Source: Alphaproteobacteria bacterium
GTDB taxonomy: Bacteria; Pseudomonadota; Alphaproteobacteria; MPNO01; UBA2964
Assembly (NCBI GenBank): GCA_049602055.1
Contig: JBMYRG010000003.1
Coordinates: 112,495-176,494, forward strand
DNA length: 64,000 nucleotides
Direction: 5' to 3'
The first letter of the stretch is position 1. Every line of letters starts with the position of its first letter. The notes beneath the pieces are model-generated. The model was given only the letters and a program-made list of their open reading frames with translations. It ran no database searches and was not told the DNA's origin. Made by a program: the position numbers and the translations under genes. Below are positions 1 to 10,475 of the stretch, piece by piece.

Positions 1-109
1 CCCTCCGCCCGCCGCCGCGCCGGTACAGGTTGGTGGAATGGGACTGAAGGTAATCTGGAATGCGATTAAACGTCTATTTGGCGCGAAAGACACCTAGACC
101 CGATAAACC

Positions 110-523
110 TTAATGTAACTGGCGGTCGTCTTCGTTCGTCGTATTATCACTAGGGGCCGCGGACGTCGGTCCCGCCTGATGATGAACAATTTTCCAAACC
201 TTCCCCTCGCGATGAAAGACATTCGTCGCGATCAGGGAGCCGCCCGGAAGTTCTTCGAAACACACAACACTCGCGACGTCGCCATAAACCAGTGCCTTTG
301 CATCACGACATTTAATTTCAGGTGATTCCGGGTTGGTCAAAATTGCAGCCCAGCTCGTCACTATTCCCTGACGATCAAAAATCGGCCCCCAACCCGGATG
401 TAAGCAGCTAACCGGAACAACATCGGACCAAAGCTCTTCCATGACCTTGGGGTTTCGGTCAGCAAAGGCCCGATAAAATACTTCATTGGCGAACAAAACT
501 TCATCTACATCTGACAAGACCAT
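110..523 (-). CDS. NTF2-like / SnoaL-like (DUF4440-type) small protein
   Basis: 137 aa ORF. Sequence pattern (YRAFADRNP...EELWSD...LHPGW...) resembles nuclear transport factor 2 / ketosteroid isomerase-like fold proteins. TAA stop. Confidence 0.5.
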   Translation of the reverse strand: MVLSDVDEVLFANEVFYRAFADRNPKVMEELWSDVVPVSCLHPGWGPIFDRQGIVTSWAAILTNPESPEIKCRDAKALVYGDVASVVCFEELPGGSLIATNVFHREGKVWKIVHHQAGPTSAAPSDNTTNEDDRQLH

Positions 524-597
524 TATTCCTTATTTTCGGCAAACATCGCCTTTTGAATTCGGCAATCGATCAAATTCTCCCGCTTGGTTTCGCCAAG

Positions 598-1599
598 CTA
601 GATCTCCAACTTTTCTGAGTTGTTTGCGACTCCTTTTCTGTTGTCTGAGAAAAACCAAATAAGGGCGCCCGGAAGAGATAATATAAGGATCACAAATCCA
701 AACGCCACAGACAAAACAAGCGCATTTTCAGGCGCCACATCTATTGTTCCGAGCATTGCAATCATGGCACCTTCCCGCACGCCCCAGCCCGCAAATGAAA
801 TTGGCAACAGAGAGGCCAATATTACCGGCGGTATCAAAACCAACAGCGCTGAAATTTCGACCTCAATGGACAGACCTCGCGCAAGGGCAAACATAACCAA
901 GACCATGAGAATTTGGTTGGTAATCGACAACCCCAAAACCTGAGGGCCAGAACGGCTTGGCGCCAGAACGACACGGGAATTTTCAGCGAGCGATGTAATT
1001 AAATGAAAGAGTCGCGACGGCAACATTCTATTAAACAGCACCATCAATCGATCAAGCCACAAAAAGGCAAGCAACCCAACAAAGATTGTCGCAACAAGAA
1101 AAGCAAGGATAACCAGGATCGTCGTATCATCGATAAATCGTGCGGCCAGGGGAAATGTCAGCAACACAAGAATTGCTAGGCCAACAAGTGCTGTTACACG
1201 GTCCAACAGGACGCTGCTGATGGCTCGCTTTAAAACACCATCCTTGCGGTAAAACATCCAGATACGTACAGCATCTCCACCCAGGTTTGATGGCAATGCC
1301 TGATTAAAGAACATTGCGATCCATACCAGAGCGAAAGCAGTCCGCCGCTGCAAATTTCCACCCAATGCCGCGACAATTACATGCCAACGCCATGTCGCGA
1401 CAACCATCGACGCCAACAATAACATTGCAGCAATGCAAAAAGCGCTCCACTCAATACCTGCGACCCGAATCAGGGCTGCTTCAACGTCATAGGCCTGAAA
1501 CAGGAAGTAAAGAAGGGCAAGGGAAACGAACGCTTTAGCAATCGCAAAACCCGTCTGCCTTGCTGATGAATTGCCAGGAGCCCCAGGTTTGGTGGTCAT
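598..1599 (-). CDS. UPF0104 / lysylphosphatidylglycerol-synthase-TM-like (flippase-like) integral membrane protein
   Basis: 333 aa with multiple hydrophobic helices and a GGDAVRIWMF motif typical of the LPG_synthase_TM family. Ends with a TAG stop. Confidence 0.5.
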   Translation of the reverse strand: MTTKPGAPGNSSARQTGFAIAKAFVSLALLYFLFQAYDVEAALIRVAGIEWSAFCIAAMLLLASMVVATWRWHVIVAALGGNLQRRTAFALVWIAMFFNQALPSNLGGDAVRIWMFYRKDGVLKRAISSVLLDRVTALVGLAILVLLTFPLAARFIDDTTILVILAFLVATIFVGLLAFLWLDRLMVLFNRMLPSRLFHLITSLAENSRVVLAPSRSGPQVLGLSITNQILMVLVMFALARGLSIEVEISALLVLIPPVILASLLPISFAGWGVREGAMIAMLGTIDVAPENALVLSVAFGFVILILSLPGALIWFFSDNRKGVANNSEKLEI

Positions 1600-1705
1600 G
1601 CCAGATAAATTCCGTATCCATTTACAGCCAAAAACCTAAATCGCTGTATCCGACTAGTCATTAAGTGAATAATTACAAAATCCACAGCTAATTTTAGCGG
1701 AGAAA

Positions 1706-1782
1706 TGGCGCGCTCGGGAAGATTCGAACTCCCGACCCCTAGATTCGTAGTCTAGTGCTCTATCCAGCTGAGCTACGGGCGC
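1706..1782 (-). tRNA. tRNA-Arg (anticodon ACG)
   Basis: Reverse complement reads GCGCCCGTAGCTCAGCTGGATAGAGCACTAGACTACGAATCTAGGGGTCGGGAGTTCGAATCTTCCCGAGCGCGCCA. It has the cloverleaf with D-stem GCTC/GAGC, anticodon stem CTAGA/TCTAG, loop CTACGAA (anticodon ACG), T-loop TTCGAAT and 3' CCA. There is one C:A mismatch in the acceptor stem. Confidence 0.85.
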
Positions 1783-2018
1783 TTTGCTCGCATATTGGCG
1801 AAATCCCAGCAGATCGGCTGGGAAGAGGCGCGGACGTTACTGAAATTGGCATGGATTGGCAAGCGTTCCGACAATAGCTTTCAGAATTCTTTGTAATTCA
1901 GCTTGTTAAGCAATACCCCTTTGAGTAATATCTGCGGGAATCAAGGGGTTGGCACAATTTTCAACAGTCGGTTCATGGCGTTAACTCGCCGTATATCAGT
2001 TTTCAACAATCACTACGG

Positions 2019-3212
2019 GTGAGGCCCGAATACATGGCCCGAGCACTTTCCCACGTAACAGTTATATGTTCAGCCGTCGCATTGTCGGCCTGTTCGTTTT
2101 CAATGGATTCACTGTGGCCGTCATTGACAGGTGATAGCTCCAGCGCTGCCGCGGCCTCGCAAGCGAGGAAGGCAATTCCAATTGCGCCTTCCCAGGGTGA
2201 AAGACGGAATCAACCAATGATTGGCGCTGCGGCTCCACCGAATCTAGGAACCACGAATTTTGTTCCGCCGCCAGTAACACCAGGCCAATCAACTGGAACG
2301 TTCGTCGGGCAAAAAACCAATTTGCTACGCGGCGAATTGCAGCGCATGCGGCAACAAATTCGTCAGCAGAATAGCACTTTGCAGGCTATTCGGCGCGAAA
2401 CGGGAACCCATTCTCTCGCATATCACAGCGCAATTGCGTCAATTAATTCCCGTCTTCAGGTCGGAACGACACCCGGCAATCCGTACATGGTCAATCAATG
2501 GAATATTGCCCAATCTGGATTATCCAATATTGATCGCGATATTTCACAAATGAACTCGCTGGCAAATGCCGTTGCGGGAACCAGCACGATGTCGGCGTAT
2601 CTTCTTGAAACCACTCGGGCGGCATACGGGCTAAGCGGTGCGGTCGAAGCTGACCATCGCCAGCTGGCTATTCTTGAAGATGAGGTGAACCGAACGGTCG
2701 TCCTGATTGATCGTCTTCTTAACGAATTGAGTGAAGATATAAATCGCCAGACTGCCTACGTTGCCGCAGAACGCAGCAATCTTACAGCGCTATCGCTCGC
2801 TATCAAAAATGGTGAATCGCTTGGTAACAGCTTGGCCAATCGCGCATATGCGACAGCAGCGCCGGTAGCGGCGGTTGGATCCAGAAATGGGAGTGTCGCT
2901 AGTACGGCAGGTCGGCGACCATTGGTGGTCATTCGTTTTGACCGGCCAAACGTTTCATACCAGCAAGCCCTCTATACAGCCGTGAATAGGGTTTTGCAGC
3001 GGCGTCCACAGGCTGGGTTTGATCTAATTGCAGTTGCTTCCGGTCAAGGTAGCGCCGCGCAGGTAACCGTGGCCTCCAACAAGTCCAAACGGAATGCGGA
3101 AACGGTTCTAAGGTCTCTTTCTGAAATGGGGTTACCGCTCCAGCGGGTTCGGCTATCAGCAATTACCAGTGCTGATGCTAAATCAAACGAGGTCCATCTG
3201 TACGTACGCTGA
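2019..3212 (+). CDS. hypothetical lipoprotein with coiled-coil region
   Basis: 397 aa. N-terminal signal peptide with lipobox (VALSAC). Gln/Arg-rich coiled-coil-like segment. No recognisable catalytic motif. A downstream ATG (MARAL...) could be the true start. Confidence 0.45.
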   Translation: MRPEYMARALSHVTVICSAVALSACSFSMDSLWPSLTGDSSSAAAASQARKAIPIAPSQGERRNQPMIGAAAPPNLGTTNFVPPPVTPGQSTGTFVGQKTNLLRGELQRMRQQIRQQNSTLQAIRRETGTHSLAYHSAIASINSRLQVGTTPGNPYMVNQWNIAQSGLSNIDRDISQMNSLANAVAGTSTMSAYLLETTRAAYGLSGAVEADHRQLAILEDEVNRTVVLIDRLLNELSEDINRQTAYVAAERSNLTALSLAIKNGESLGNSLANRAYATAAPVAAVGSRNGSVASTAGRRPLVVIRFDRPNVSYQQALYTAVNRVLQRRPQAGFDLIAVASGQGSAAQVTVASNKSKRNAETVLRSLSEMGLPLQRVRLSAITSADAKSNEVHLYVR

Positions 3213-3360
3213 ACCAATTATCGACGAGTTTTCGTCGACAAAGATTCAATTCAATCGGCAGTTACTTAGGATATAAAGTGGCTGCCGATTTTTTGTATCC
3301 GGAGTAGCACGAGTTGTTGAAGCTCAATATCTTGGACCGGCATCCACGCGTCCACGCTCA

Positions 3361-4722
3361 GTGCTGGGGCATACCAATCCGCGAGAAGCACCGTTCACAG
3401 CGATGGGTAACGGTATCAATGACGACACAAGTGCCATTCAAGAAGCTATTGATGCCGCCATTCTCAATGCGCGCGGTGGCGGTGTCTTTGTTCCGGCAGG
3501 CACCTATAAAATCTCCAAAACACTACATATCCAAAATGTTTTAGGGCTGAAAATCTCTGGCGTGAGTGTCGGCGGAACCCGCCTCATTTGGGACGGACCT
3601 CCTGATGTCCCCATGTTTCTGATGCGCGATACGCGAGATGTTGTCATGAGCGACTTCTACATCGAGTCAACACCAGCCAAGCCACTCTTCACTGCAATTC
3701 AATCTGAAAATGGCGTGGGAACCCTTTACGCCCCTTCCCAAAATCATTTCCAGCGGCTCATCATAAACGGCAAAGCCAAAGGCGGTCTGACAAACGGTTT
3801 TCGCCTCGCAAAAGGTGCAGGGGGTGATAACAACAATGATTTTCATGAATTTATCCGTTGCCAGATCAGAAACTATCAAGGCTACGGCTATAGCGTCGAA
3901 CATTCCCAGTCGCACACTAATCGATTCCACTCCTGCACATTTTCCGGCTACGGATTTGGACGTGCCGGTGTCCGCACAACACATGGTTCTTTTTCGTGGT
4001 TCGGCGGTGGTGGCGGCGGTAACACCGTTGCCGATTTCTCGCTTGGATCCGCAAATGTAACGATCTCTATCATCAATGGAAATTTTGAAGACTCGCGGCG
4101 TCTTCTCATTACGGGAGGTCCAACCGGCGCGCGGTGGCCTATACTCCTACAGGGAATTCGCTTTGCTTCCGATAACCTGCCTGAGGATGGCATTATGATT
4201 GATGTTCAGAACCCGGGACCACTAATTCTGAAAAACAATCTTTTTGGCACCAATCTAAAGACCCACATGGCACGAGTTCGGATGAACAAAACACAGCAAG
4301 GTGCTAAATTTATTAGCCACGGAAATTTGTGGAGAGGTTTGGATGCGTATGACACGTCTCCTTATTTCTTCAAAGGAGCGGGCTCTGCATCTGTACAGGC
4401 AAATATAGAAGGAGATGCTTTTGTCAGTGGGCGCGGTCTGAGAGACCTAACTCGATTCCCGGACGGAGCAACCGCCCCGCCTGTACATTTCGGGACTCTC
4501 TATAAAACGAATAACAGCAGGCCAACTGTCATTTCAAACCTTCGAAATGGCTGGCCGGGTCAGAAATTAGACATTTTGATCGAGGACGATCAAACAAGAT
4601 TTGACTTCGAGTCTGGGTCCCTTAGAGGAAACGCCGCTCGCCTTTGGAATGCGGCGAAAGGCGACAGTCTGCAATGTATTTTTGACGGCAAGTTATGGCG
4701 TTGCAGACCTAGTAAACGATAG
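3361..4722 (+). CDS. right-handed beta-helix protein, pectate-lyase superfamily (Pectate_lyase_3 / tailspike-like)
   Basis: 453 aa. N-terminus GNGINDDTSAIQEAIDAAILNARGGGVFVPAGTYKI matches the Pectate_lyase_3 signature (GDGVTDDTAAIQ...GGG..Y.PAGTY). Gly-run GGGGGGN is present. GTG start at 3361, alternative ATG at 3403. TAG stop at 4720. Confidence 0.6.
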   Translation: MLGHTNPREAPFTAMGNGINDDTSAIQEAIDAAILNARGGGVFVPAGTYKISKTLHIQNVLGLKISGVSVGGTRLIWDGPPDVPMFLMRDTRDVVMSDFYIESTPAKPLFTAIQSENGVGTLYAPSQNHFQRLIINGKAKGGLTNGFRLAKGAGGDNNNDFHEFIRCQIRNYQGYGYSVEHSQSHTNRFHSCTFSGYGFGRAGVRTTHGSFSWFGGGGGGNTVADFSLGSANVTISIINGNFEDSRRLLITGGPTGARWPILLQGIRFASDNLPEDGIMIDVQNPGPLILKNNLFGTNLKTHMARVRMNKTQQGAKFISHGNLWRGLDAYDTSPYFFKGAGSASVQANIEGDAFVSGRGLRDLTRFPDGATAPPVHFGTLYKTNNSRPTVISNLRNGWPGQKLDILIEDDQTRFDFESGSLRGNAARLWNAAKGDSLQCIFDGKLWRCRPSKR

Positions 4723-4730
4723 CGCGAGAT

Positions 4731-5609
4731 TCACTCAATCAGTAAGTTGTCAATTAACCGCGCGGTTCCCAAGCGGGCAGCGCCAAATACACGCGCAGGC
4801 GCTGAATAACTCTTGAGCAATTCGAGTGTTTCCGAATTGAAAATGCCAACATAATCCACAGAGGCAAAGCCAATTTCAAGCAGCTCTGATCGAGCCAAGC
4901 TACAAATTCGCTCACAATCTGCTGGTTTCACAATTACATCATCCGCTACAGAACGTAAAACCCGGTTGAGCGCCGGGGCCAAAGCCCGTTCCTCCACAGA
5001 GAGATACCTGTTCCGCGAAGACATCGCCAACCCGTCTTCTTCACGAATGATTGGGGCACCAACGATCTCTACGGGAATATTCAAGTCTCTTACCAGCTGA
5101 CGAATGACGAGCAACTGTTGGTAGTCTTTTTCACCGAACACAGCGACGTCAGGTAAGCACTGCAAAAGCAGTTTAGCGACGACGGTTGCAACACCGTCAA
5201 AATGACCCGGCCGAAACGGACCGCAAAGGCCTGAGGTCACACCAGTGACGGATACAATCGTCGAGAATCCCTCGGGATAAACGTCGTCACGGCCAGGGCA
5301 AAACACCAAATCCGTACCAGCACTCGAAAGCTGTTGAACATCATGAACTTCATCAGCGGGATAAGCGTCAAAATCTTCGTTTTCACCAAATTGAGTTGGA
5401 TTAACAAAGATACTCGCAACGACTTTATCACAGCGAGATTTGGCCTCCGTTACCAGACTAAGGTGGCCTACGTGGATCGCCCCCATCGTTGGCACAAGGC
5501 CGACTGTCATACCTTCACGCCGCCAACTCGCAACGAGGCGCCGCAGATCACCAACACTGCGAACGATGAGATCAGACATTATTGATGTATCGACCGAAGG
5601 GGGCATCAT
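4731..5609 (-). CDS. panC: pantoate--beta-alanine ligase
   Basis: 292 aa with the VGLVPTMGAIHVGHLSLV HIGH-type motif of PanC. Adjacent to panB. Confidence 0.9.
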   Translation of the reverse strand: MMPPSVDTSIMSDLIVRSVGDLRRLVASWRREGMTVGLVPTMGAIHVGHLSLVTEAKSRCDKVVASIFVNPTQFGENEDFDAYPADEVHDVQQLSSAGTDLVFCPGRDDVYPEGFSTIVSVTGVTSGLCGPFRPGHFDGVATVVAKLLLQCLPDVAVFGEKDYQQLLVIRQLVRDLNIPVEIVGAPIIREEDGLAMSSRNRYLSVEERALAPALNRVLRSVADDVIVKPADCERICSLARSELLEIGFASVDYVGIFNSETLELLKSYSAPARVFGAARLGTARLIDNLLIE

Positions 5610-5661
5610 GTTTCAGATAAATAGATCAATGAGCTAGGAAATCTAGGCCAAACAAGGCTAA

Positions 5662-6495
5662 TTATGTCTTGTCGTTTTTGACCTTAAAACAATGCTCCGC
5701 AGCTGGAAAGCGCCGCGCCCTGACATCCTGTCCATACGCTTCAGCCGCCTCTCCCACCAGGGAACCAAGATCGGCATAGCGTTTCACAAAGCTCGGTGTG
5801 AAATCATTGAACAAGCCGACCATATCTTCTGTCACGAGAACCTGCCCATCACATTCGGCAGAAGCCCCAATACCAATCGTGGGGACCACGACCGAATTTG
5901 TAACTTCCCGGGCCAATGGTTCGACCACCCCTTCAACAACAATTGAAAAAGCCCCTGCTTCGGCGACCGCCCGAGCGTCAGAGATAATTTTCATGGCTTC
6001 CGTTCGGCCGCGGCCACGCGCGCGATAACCGCCTAGGCTATTCACGCTTTGGGGCATAAGCCCGACATGTCCCATAACCGGAATGCCCCGTGCCGAGAGA
6101 AACGCAATCGTTTCGGCCATTTCGGCACCGCCTTCGAGCTTCACAGCATCACATCCAGTTCGTTTCATTACCTTCGCTGCATTGCGAAATGCCTGCGAAT
6201 GGGATTCCTGATAGCTTCCAAACGGCATGTCGACAACGACACAGGCCCTTTCAGAGCCTCGGACGACAGCCGCGCCATGACCAATCATCATATCCAACGT
6301 CACACACAATGTTGAGTCCATGCCGTAGAAAACCATGCCAACGGAGTCGCCAACGATGAACAAATCCACGTGGGGATCCAGAATAGAGGCCATAGGGGCG
6401 CTATAGGCCGTCAGCGATACAATGGGGTCGCCACCTTTACGTGCCTTGATTTGTGGCACCGTAATGTGCCCTTTTTTGCGGCCAGCCGCGCTCAA
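5662..6495 (-). CDS. panB: 3-methyl-2-oxobutanoate hydroxymethyltransferase
   Basis: 277 aa. Ketopantoate hydroxymethyltransferase pattern ([12 protein letters not shown]...SLTAYS...[10 protein letters not shown]). Forms a panB-panC operon. Confidence 0.9.
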   Translation of the reverse strand: MSAAGRKKGHITVPQIKARKGGDPIVSLTAYSAPMASILDPHVDLFIVGDSVGMVFYGMDSTLCVTLDMMIGHGAAVVRGSERACVVVDMPFGSYQESHSQAFRNAAKVMKRTGCDAVKLEGGAEMAETIAFLSARGIPVMGHVGLMPQSVNSLGGYRARGRGRTEAMKIISDARAVAEAGAFSIVVEGVVEPLAREVTNSVVVPTIGIGASAECDGQVLVTEDMVGLFNDFTPSFVKRYADLGSLVGEAAEAYGQDVRARRFPAAEHCFKVKNDKT

Positions 6496-6651
6496 ATTTG
6501 ATCTCCAAATTCGGTGAATGAAGGCATCCTATTTCCGGCGATGCCACGTTTCGGCATGCTTTTACCCGGATTTCCCCCTATGCGAAAGGATTTCCTTGGC
6601 GCTAGCCCCTCTATGGATCATAAATAACCGTCAAACATCAACCAAAAGCCC

Positions 6652-8409
6652 ATGACCTTAGTTTTCAAACAACCCGATTTAGGCGCCTTCTGGAGAAAAA
6701 GCATCGTCACCCTCCTTGGCCCATTTCTCCTGATTTTATCAGCCTGCGAACATAGCGGCGCACCAACCGCAAAGCGGCATATGGTTGCCGCCGCAAATCC
6801 CCTAGCTGTCAAAGCAGGCCTGGAAATTTTACGGCAGGGCGGCAGTGCAGTAGACGCTGTGATCGCAACGCAAATGGTACTGACACTGGTTGAGCCACAA
6901 AGCTCCGGGATCGGTGGTGGTGCTTTCTTGCTCCATTATACACCCGGGAAAAACCGTCCCAACGAAGAGGCCGTCATCGATGCTTATGATGGTCGGGAAA
7001 CCGCCCCTGATTCAGCCGATGAAAATCTATTCACCGATACTCAAGGTAAAACCATTCCGTGGCGACAACGGATGGCCGGGGGCAAAGGTGTCGGAGTTCC
7101 CGGGCTACTGCGCATGCTGGAATTATCGCACAAACGTCACGGCAAACTGCCCTGGGCGCGCCTTTTTGATCGCGCCATCGAGATGGCTGAGCAGGGCTTC
7201 TTTGTGTCCCCCCGCCTGCACGCCATGATCAAGCGTGATCGGCATTTGAAGAACTTCCCCGTCACCAGACGTTTCTTTTTCACAAAAGACGGTAAACCGC
7301 TTCCCATAGGGACCCTGCTCAAAAACCCGGCGCTCGCCGATACGCTGCGACAAGTCGCGACCAAAGGTGCGGACGCTTTTTATACCGGCACCATTGCTAA
7401 AGATATTGCCGCGGCAGTAAGCAATACTCACCACCTTCCGGCAAAGTTGACGGTCGCAGACATTTCCCGCTATCAAGCCAAGAGGCGCGGTATCCTGTGC
7501 CACCTCTATCGACAATGGCAGATCTGTGGAATGCCGCCGCCGACCTCAGGCGGGATAGTCATTGCACAAATTCTGACAATGCTGGAGCCAATCGACATTG
7601 CCCGCATTCCACCCGCCTCAGCACAAGCTGTCCATCTGATTTCAGAAGCCAGTAAGCTCGCCTTCGCTGATCGCAATCAATATGTCGGTGATCCGGATTT
7701 CATAAAGGTGCCGGTTGCTGGTCTACTTGATCGGAATTATCTGAAAGCACGGGCAGCCATGATTTCAGCGGATAAAGCCATGGGAAAAGCCACACCCGGA
7801 GTTCCGCCTCAGCTAGCACAGAACGAATATGCCCCTGATACCGGCGACAACCGGCCTATATCGACAAGCCATATCAGCGTCATCGATGAGAAAGGTAACG
7901 CTGTCTCAATGACGACGACCATCGGGACCGCCTTTGGGTCACGTATTATGGTGCGCGGCTTTATGCTCAATGACGAGCTAACAGATTTCGCTTCCGTCCC
8001 ACACCTAAATGGGCGCCCGAAAGCTAATCGCGCTGAAGCTCGGAAACGACCACGCAGTTCTATGTCCCCGACGATCGTTACCGATCAGGAGGGAAAGCTC
8101 ATCATGGCTGTTGGCTCTCCAGGGGGCTCCAGCATTATCGGCTATGTCCTCAAAGCACTGATTGCGGGATTGGACTGGAAAATGACGATGCAGGATGCCA
8201 TCGCTCTGCCCAATTTCCTGAACAAAAATCGTAAAACCGAGCTTGAGAAGGGTACATTTTTAGAAAAAATTGCCCCCGCTTTACGCAAACTGGGGCATCA
8301 AATCGACATCCGCCGCAAGACCAGCGGGTTACATGGTATTAGAGTGCGGAGTAGTGGCTATGAGGGTGGCGCTGACCCACGCCGTGAAGGCGTCGCCCGT
8401 GGCGACTAA
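6652..8409 (+). CDS. ggt: gamma-glutamyltransferase
   Basis: 585 aa. Signal peptide / lipobox, then QMVLTLVEPQSSGIGGGAFLLHY and T..G.AFGS motifs typical of GGT. Confidence 0.9.
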   Translation: MTLVFKQPDLGAFWRKSIVTLLGPFLLILSACEHSGAPTAKRHMVAAANPLAVKAGLEILRQGGSAVDAVIATQMVLTLVEPQSSGIGGGAFLLHYTPGKNRPNEEAVIDAYDGRETAPDSADENLFTDTQGKTIPWRQRMAGGKGVGVPGLLRMLELSHKRHGKLPWARLFDRAIEMAEQGFFVSPRLHAMIKRDRHLKNFPVTRRFFFTKDGKPLPIGTLLKNPALADTLRQVATKGADAFYTGTIAKDIAAAVSNTHHLPAKLTVADISRYQAKRRGILCHLYRQWQICGMPPPTSGGIVIAQILTMLEPIDIARIPPASAQAVHLISEASKLAFADRNQYVGDPDFIKVPVAGLLDRNYLKARAAMISADKAMGKATPGVPPQLAQNEYAPDTGDNRPISTSHISVIDEKGNAVSMTTTIGTAFGSRIMVRGFMLNDELTDFASVPHLNGRPKANRAEARKRPRSSMSPTIVTDQEGKLIMAVGSPGGSSIIGYVLKALIAGLDWKMTMQDAIALPNFLNKNRKTELEKGTFLEKIAPALRKLGHQIDIRRKTSGLHGIRVRSSGYEGGADPRREGVARGD

Positions 8410-8439
8410 AAAAACAGCTAACCCAAAGAGAGACCAGGA

Positions 8440-9342
8440 ATGATAATCGCCCGCGTTTTTAACGCGTTGCCAGCGACCGCCCGCGGTGCCATCTGGATGG
8501 TCCTTGGGGGCGTCTCACTCATCCTGTTGGCTATCGTCATCAGAGACATTCAGGACAAGTTTCATGTCCTGCAGATGATATTTTTACGGAGCGTCGTTAG
8601 CTTTTTGATCATCCTGCCCTGGGCCCTGCGTCAGAAACGGGAAGATTTACAAACAAAACGACTGCCCCTGCATATCTTTCGCAATACCATTCATTACCTC
8701 GGAAATGTAGGTTGGTTTATCGGTGTCACCTTGGTCACGCTGGCAGACCTTCAAGCCCTGCAATTTACCGTACCGCTCTTCACAATTATGATGGCGACGA
8801 TATTTCTCAAAGAGCATGTGGGGCCACATCGATGGATCGCCACCATGCTTGGCTTCATTGGGGCGTTGGTTATTATCCGACCGGGGTTTGTGGAATTGAG
8901 CACAGGCACAATTGCTGTCGTCCTGTCAGCGATCTTCTACGCTGCCTCTCAAACCTCCACCAAATCACTCTCAAACACTGATACGCCAAATGCCATCCTG
9001 CTTTATATGTCATTGATTTTTATACCGGTATCAGCGATCCCCGCCTTCTATGTATGGGTTACGCCAGACTGGTCAGATACGATTCCAATCATCCTGTTAG
9101 GCGTATTTGGATACACCGCGCATGCGTGTATCATCCGGGCCTTCGCGGCCGCTGATGCCAGCTTTGTAATGCCCTTCGATTTTTTACGGCTGCCGATTGC
9201 CGCTGCGTTCGGATATTTCCTCTATACCGAATGGCCCGAATTCTGGGTATGGGTCGGTGGTGCAATTATATTTGCCTCCACCTACTACATCACCTGGCGT
9301 GAAAGCATGGTCAAAAAGGCAGCAGTCAAGCCAACCGACTAA
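8440..9342 (+). CDS. DMT superfamily (EamA-like) transporter
   Basis: 300 aa, about 10 TM helices, duplicated EamA-type halves. Confidence 0.7.
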   Translation: MIIARVFNALPATARGAIWMVLGGVSLILLAIVIRDIQDKFHVLQMIFLRSVVSFLIILPWALRQKREDLQTKRLPLHIFRNTIHYLGNVGWFIGVTLVTLADLQALQFTVPLFTIMMATIFLKEHVGPHRWIATMLGFIGALVIIRPGFVELSTGTIAVVLSAIFYAASQTSTKSLSNTDTPNAILLYMSLIFIPVSAIPAFYVWVTPDWSDTIPIILLGVFGYTAHACIIRAFAAADASFVMPFDFLRLPIAAAFGYFLYTEWPEFWVWVGGAIIFASTYYITWRESMVKKAAVKPTD

Positions 9343-9391
9343 GAAGACTTCGCAAGAAAACCCTGCGTGATATAGTCATTTTAAATGGGCA

Positions 9392-9835
9392 ATGGCGGAG
9401 AAAGCGATGAACCCCATCCATATTACCAAACTCGATCATGTTGTTCTAAGAGTCGCCGATATCGAAAAATCGATCCATTTCTATCGTGAAATATTGGGAT
9501 GCCCCGAAAAGCGAATTTCTGACGGGCTCTATCAGTATCAGGCCGGCACCTCGATGATCGACCTGGTTCCAATCGATAGCGATATTGGTCAACGGTCTGG
9601 CTATGGTCCGCCTGAGGCGGGGCGGAACGTTGATCATTTTGCGCTGACATTGGGTGAATTTGATGAAGAGGCAATTGTCGCCTATCTTGAAAAGAACGGC
9701 GTTACCGTCGAACGGAGTGGACGACGCTTCGGCGCCCAGGGATACGGACCATCGGTTTATTTTCAGGACCCTGATGGCAATTTTGTAGAACTGAAAGGCC
9801 CGTCGGAAGAAACGCCCTTGAGGCGCAAAAAATAA
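9392..9835 (+). CDS. VOC family (glyoxalase / bleomycin-resistance fold) protein
   Basis: 147 aa. HVVLRVADIEKSIHFY...DPDGNFVEL pattern of the glyoxalase fold. Confidence 0.6.
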   Translation: MAEKAMNPIHITKLDHVVLRVADIEKSIHFYREILGCPEKRISDGLYQYQAGTSMIDLVPIDSDIGQRSGYGPPEAGRNVDHFALTLGEFDEEAIVAYLEKNGVTVERSGRRFGAQGYGPSVYFQDPDGNFVELKGPSEETPLRRKK

Positions 9836-9850
9836 AAGCAAGGGATTAGC

Positions 9851-10471
9851 ATGTTAAAAATTATCGGACGTGACACATCATCCAACGTACAGAAAGTACT
9901 TTGGGTTTGCGGTGAACTGGGATTGCCATTCGAGCGTGAAGATTTAGGGGGGCCATTTGGCGGCAATGACAAACCTGAATATCGCGCGCTCAACCCGAAT
10001 GGCAAAGTACCAACCATTATCGATGACGAATTTGTCCTTTGGGAATCCAACGCCTGCACACGCTATCTGGCAGCCAAACACGCGCCGGGAACATTGTACC
10101 CCGATGATTTACAAACCCGTGGCAATGCTGAGCGCTGGATGGACTGGCAAATCGCAACGATGAGCCCCACCCTTGTCCCAGTATTCTGGGGAATGGTTCG
10201 CACAAAGCCGGAAGATCGCGATCTCGACGCCATTGAGGTGTCTCGCAAGAAACTGTCTGCTAATATCGCGATTATGGATAACCACCTCGCCAACTCGACC
10301 TATTTGGCAGGCGACAGCCTCACCATAGGCGACATTCCTCTAGGTATTACGGCCTATCGCTGGTTCAGTATGGATATTAAGCGTGAGTCATATCACAACG
10401 TTCAGCGCTGGTATGATCTACTATGCGAACGTCCTGCTTTTCAGGAACATATTATGAACCCTATGGCGTAA
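9851..10471 (+). CDS. glutathione S-transferase
   Basis: 206 aa. GST N-terminal thioredoxin-like motif (SSNVQKVLW...VPTIIDDEFVLWESNA) plus C-terminal domain. Confidence 0.8.
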   Translation: MLKIIGRDTSSNVQKVLWVCGELGLPFEREDLGGPFGGNDKPEYRALNPNGKVPTIIDDEFVLWESNACTRYLAAKHAPGTLYPDDLQTRGNAERWMDWQIATMSPTLVPVFWGMVRTKPEDRDLDAIEVSRKKLSANIAIMDNHLANSTYLAGDSLTIGDIPLGITAYRWFSMDIKRESYHNVQRWYDLLCERPAFQEHIMNPMA

Positions 10472-10475
10472 CAGA

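Noticed and set aside
1711-1776. C:A mismatch at acceptor-stem pair 5:68 of the tRNA
   Set aside because: The remaining cloverleaf, anticodon loop, T-loop and CCA are canonical. A single non-Watson-Crick pair is tolerated. Not considered a pseudo-tRNA.
4000-4030. GGCGGTGGTGGCGGCGGT simple repeat
   Set aside because: It encodes a Gly run inside the beta-helix protein. It is not an independent repeat element.
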